A stretch of DNA of 44,285 nucleotides from a virus (taxonomy: Duplodnaviria > Caudoviricetes), in the IMG/VR virus record IMGVR_UViG_3300034008_000051, positions 1 through 44,285 of that record, one strand, 5' to 3'. The translations under genes and the position numbers were made by a program. The notes beneath the pieces were generated by a model, which was given only the letters and a program-made list of their open reading frames with translations, was not told the origin of the DNA and did not search any database. Of this stretch, positions 44,031-44,285 are shown in pieces; the first letter of the stretch is position 1; every line of letters starts with the position of its first letter.

Positions 44031-44096
44031 ATTATGGATTATGCTTATACAAAGTCAATACTATTTGTGCTAGATAATGCATATTCCTGTGGATAA
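44031..44096 (-). promoter_or_regulatory. DnaA box plus sigma70-type promoter for the leftward arm
   Basis: Minus strand: TTATCCACA(44096-44088)...AATAGTA-TTGACT-16 nt-CATAAT. Confidence 0.7.
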
Positions 44097-44098
44097 GT

Positions 44099-44285
44099 TC
44101 GCTACGAATCCGCTACACTAAGCGGATGCGAGCAGCGTGTGGTGAGTGTGTGGTAACCCTGTGTGGGAACCGTGGGAATCAACGGTTCGTCGCATCTGGT
44201 TTTCGCCGCCGTTTACCCTGGTCAACCGCCTGGACGCGCACTGGCGAAGTCTGCGTGGGCTGTTGTATGAAGCCACTCAGCTCGG
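44099..44285. repeat. Terminal direct repeat, right copy
   Basis: Matches 1-187 with one mismatch. Confidence 0.95.

Larger units (their letters stand above)
1..44285. mobile_element. Complete temperate siphovirus-like phage carrying a relaxase/coupling-protein module
   Basis: Full head, tail and lysis set with no sheath gene; serine integrase; terminal repeat; relaxase-like and coupling-protein genes. Confidence 0.9.

Noticed and set aside
35429-44096. Classical conjugative leading region with Frpo-type ssDNA promoters
   Set aside because: If oriT is near position 1, these genes are transcribed away from it, opposite to the usual leading-region orientation, and ordinary double-stranded promoters are present
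1-44285. Stop-codon reassignment (TGA or TAG recoded)
   Set aside because: Genes are full-length under code 11; many end in TGA with ATGA coupling, and others end in TAG right before the next gene

Overview
This looks like a complete, circularly closed temperate tailed-phage genome: about 44.1 kb of unique sequence, with bases 1-187 repeated at 44099-44285 (one mismatch). The minus strand from about 9.3 to 33.9 kb holds the virion and lysis block: TerS, TerL, a portal fused to a MuF domain, a Mu-like protease and major capsid, neck proteins, a non-contractile tail with a -1 frameshifted chaperone, an endolysin, a holin and a LysM-transglycosylase. From 35.4 to 44 kb is a leftward arm of small early-type genes, including a Rad52/Sak-like annealase, a KGG-repeat protein and an ArdC-like protein. 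The first 9 kb is the unusual part. It carries a replication-relaxation (MOBC-like PD-(D/E)xK) protein next to an origin-like hairpin and repeats, a large serine integrase with a candidate attP and a small convergent gene, and an operon of small membrane genes ending in a VirD4/TraG-like coupling ATPase. So a full virion gene set sits with an integrative, mobilisable DNA-transfer module. I could not recognise a replisome or a CI-type repressor. The gene content looks chimeric: Lsr2, the integrase, the endolysin and the transfer module resemble actinobacterial proteins, while the KGG protein and the transglycosylase resemble Saccharibacteria/Patescibacteria proteins as I recall them. Two long structured non-coding regions (about 550 and 480 nt), a tiny promoter-terminator unit and DnaA-box-coupled promoters are also visible. 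All family calls come from motif recognition by eye, not database searches.
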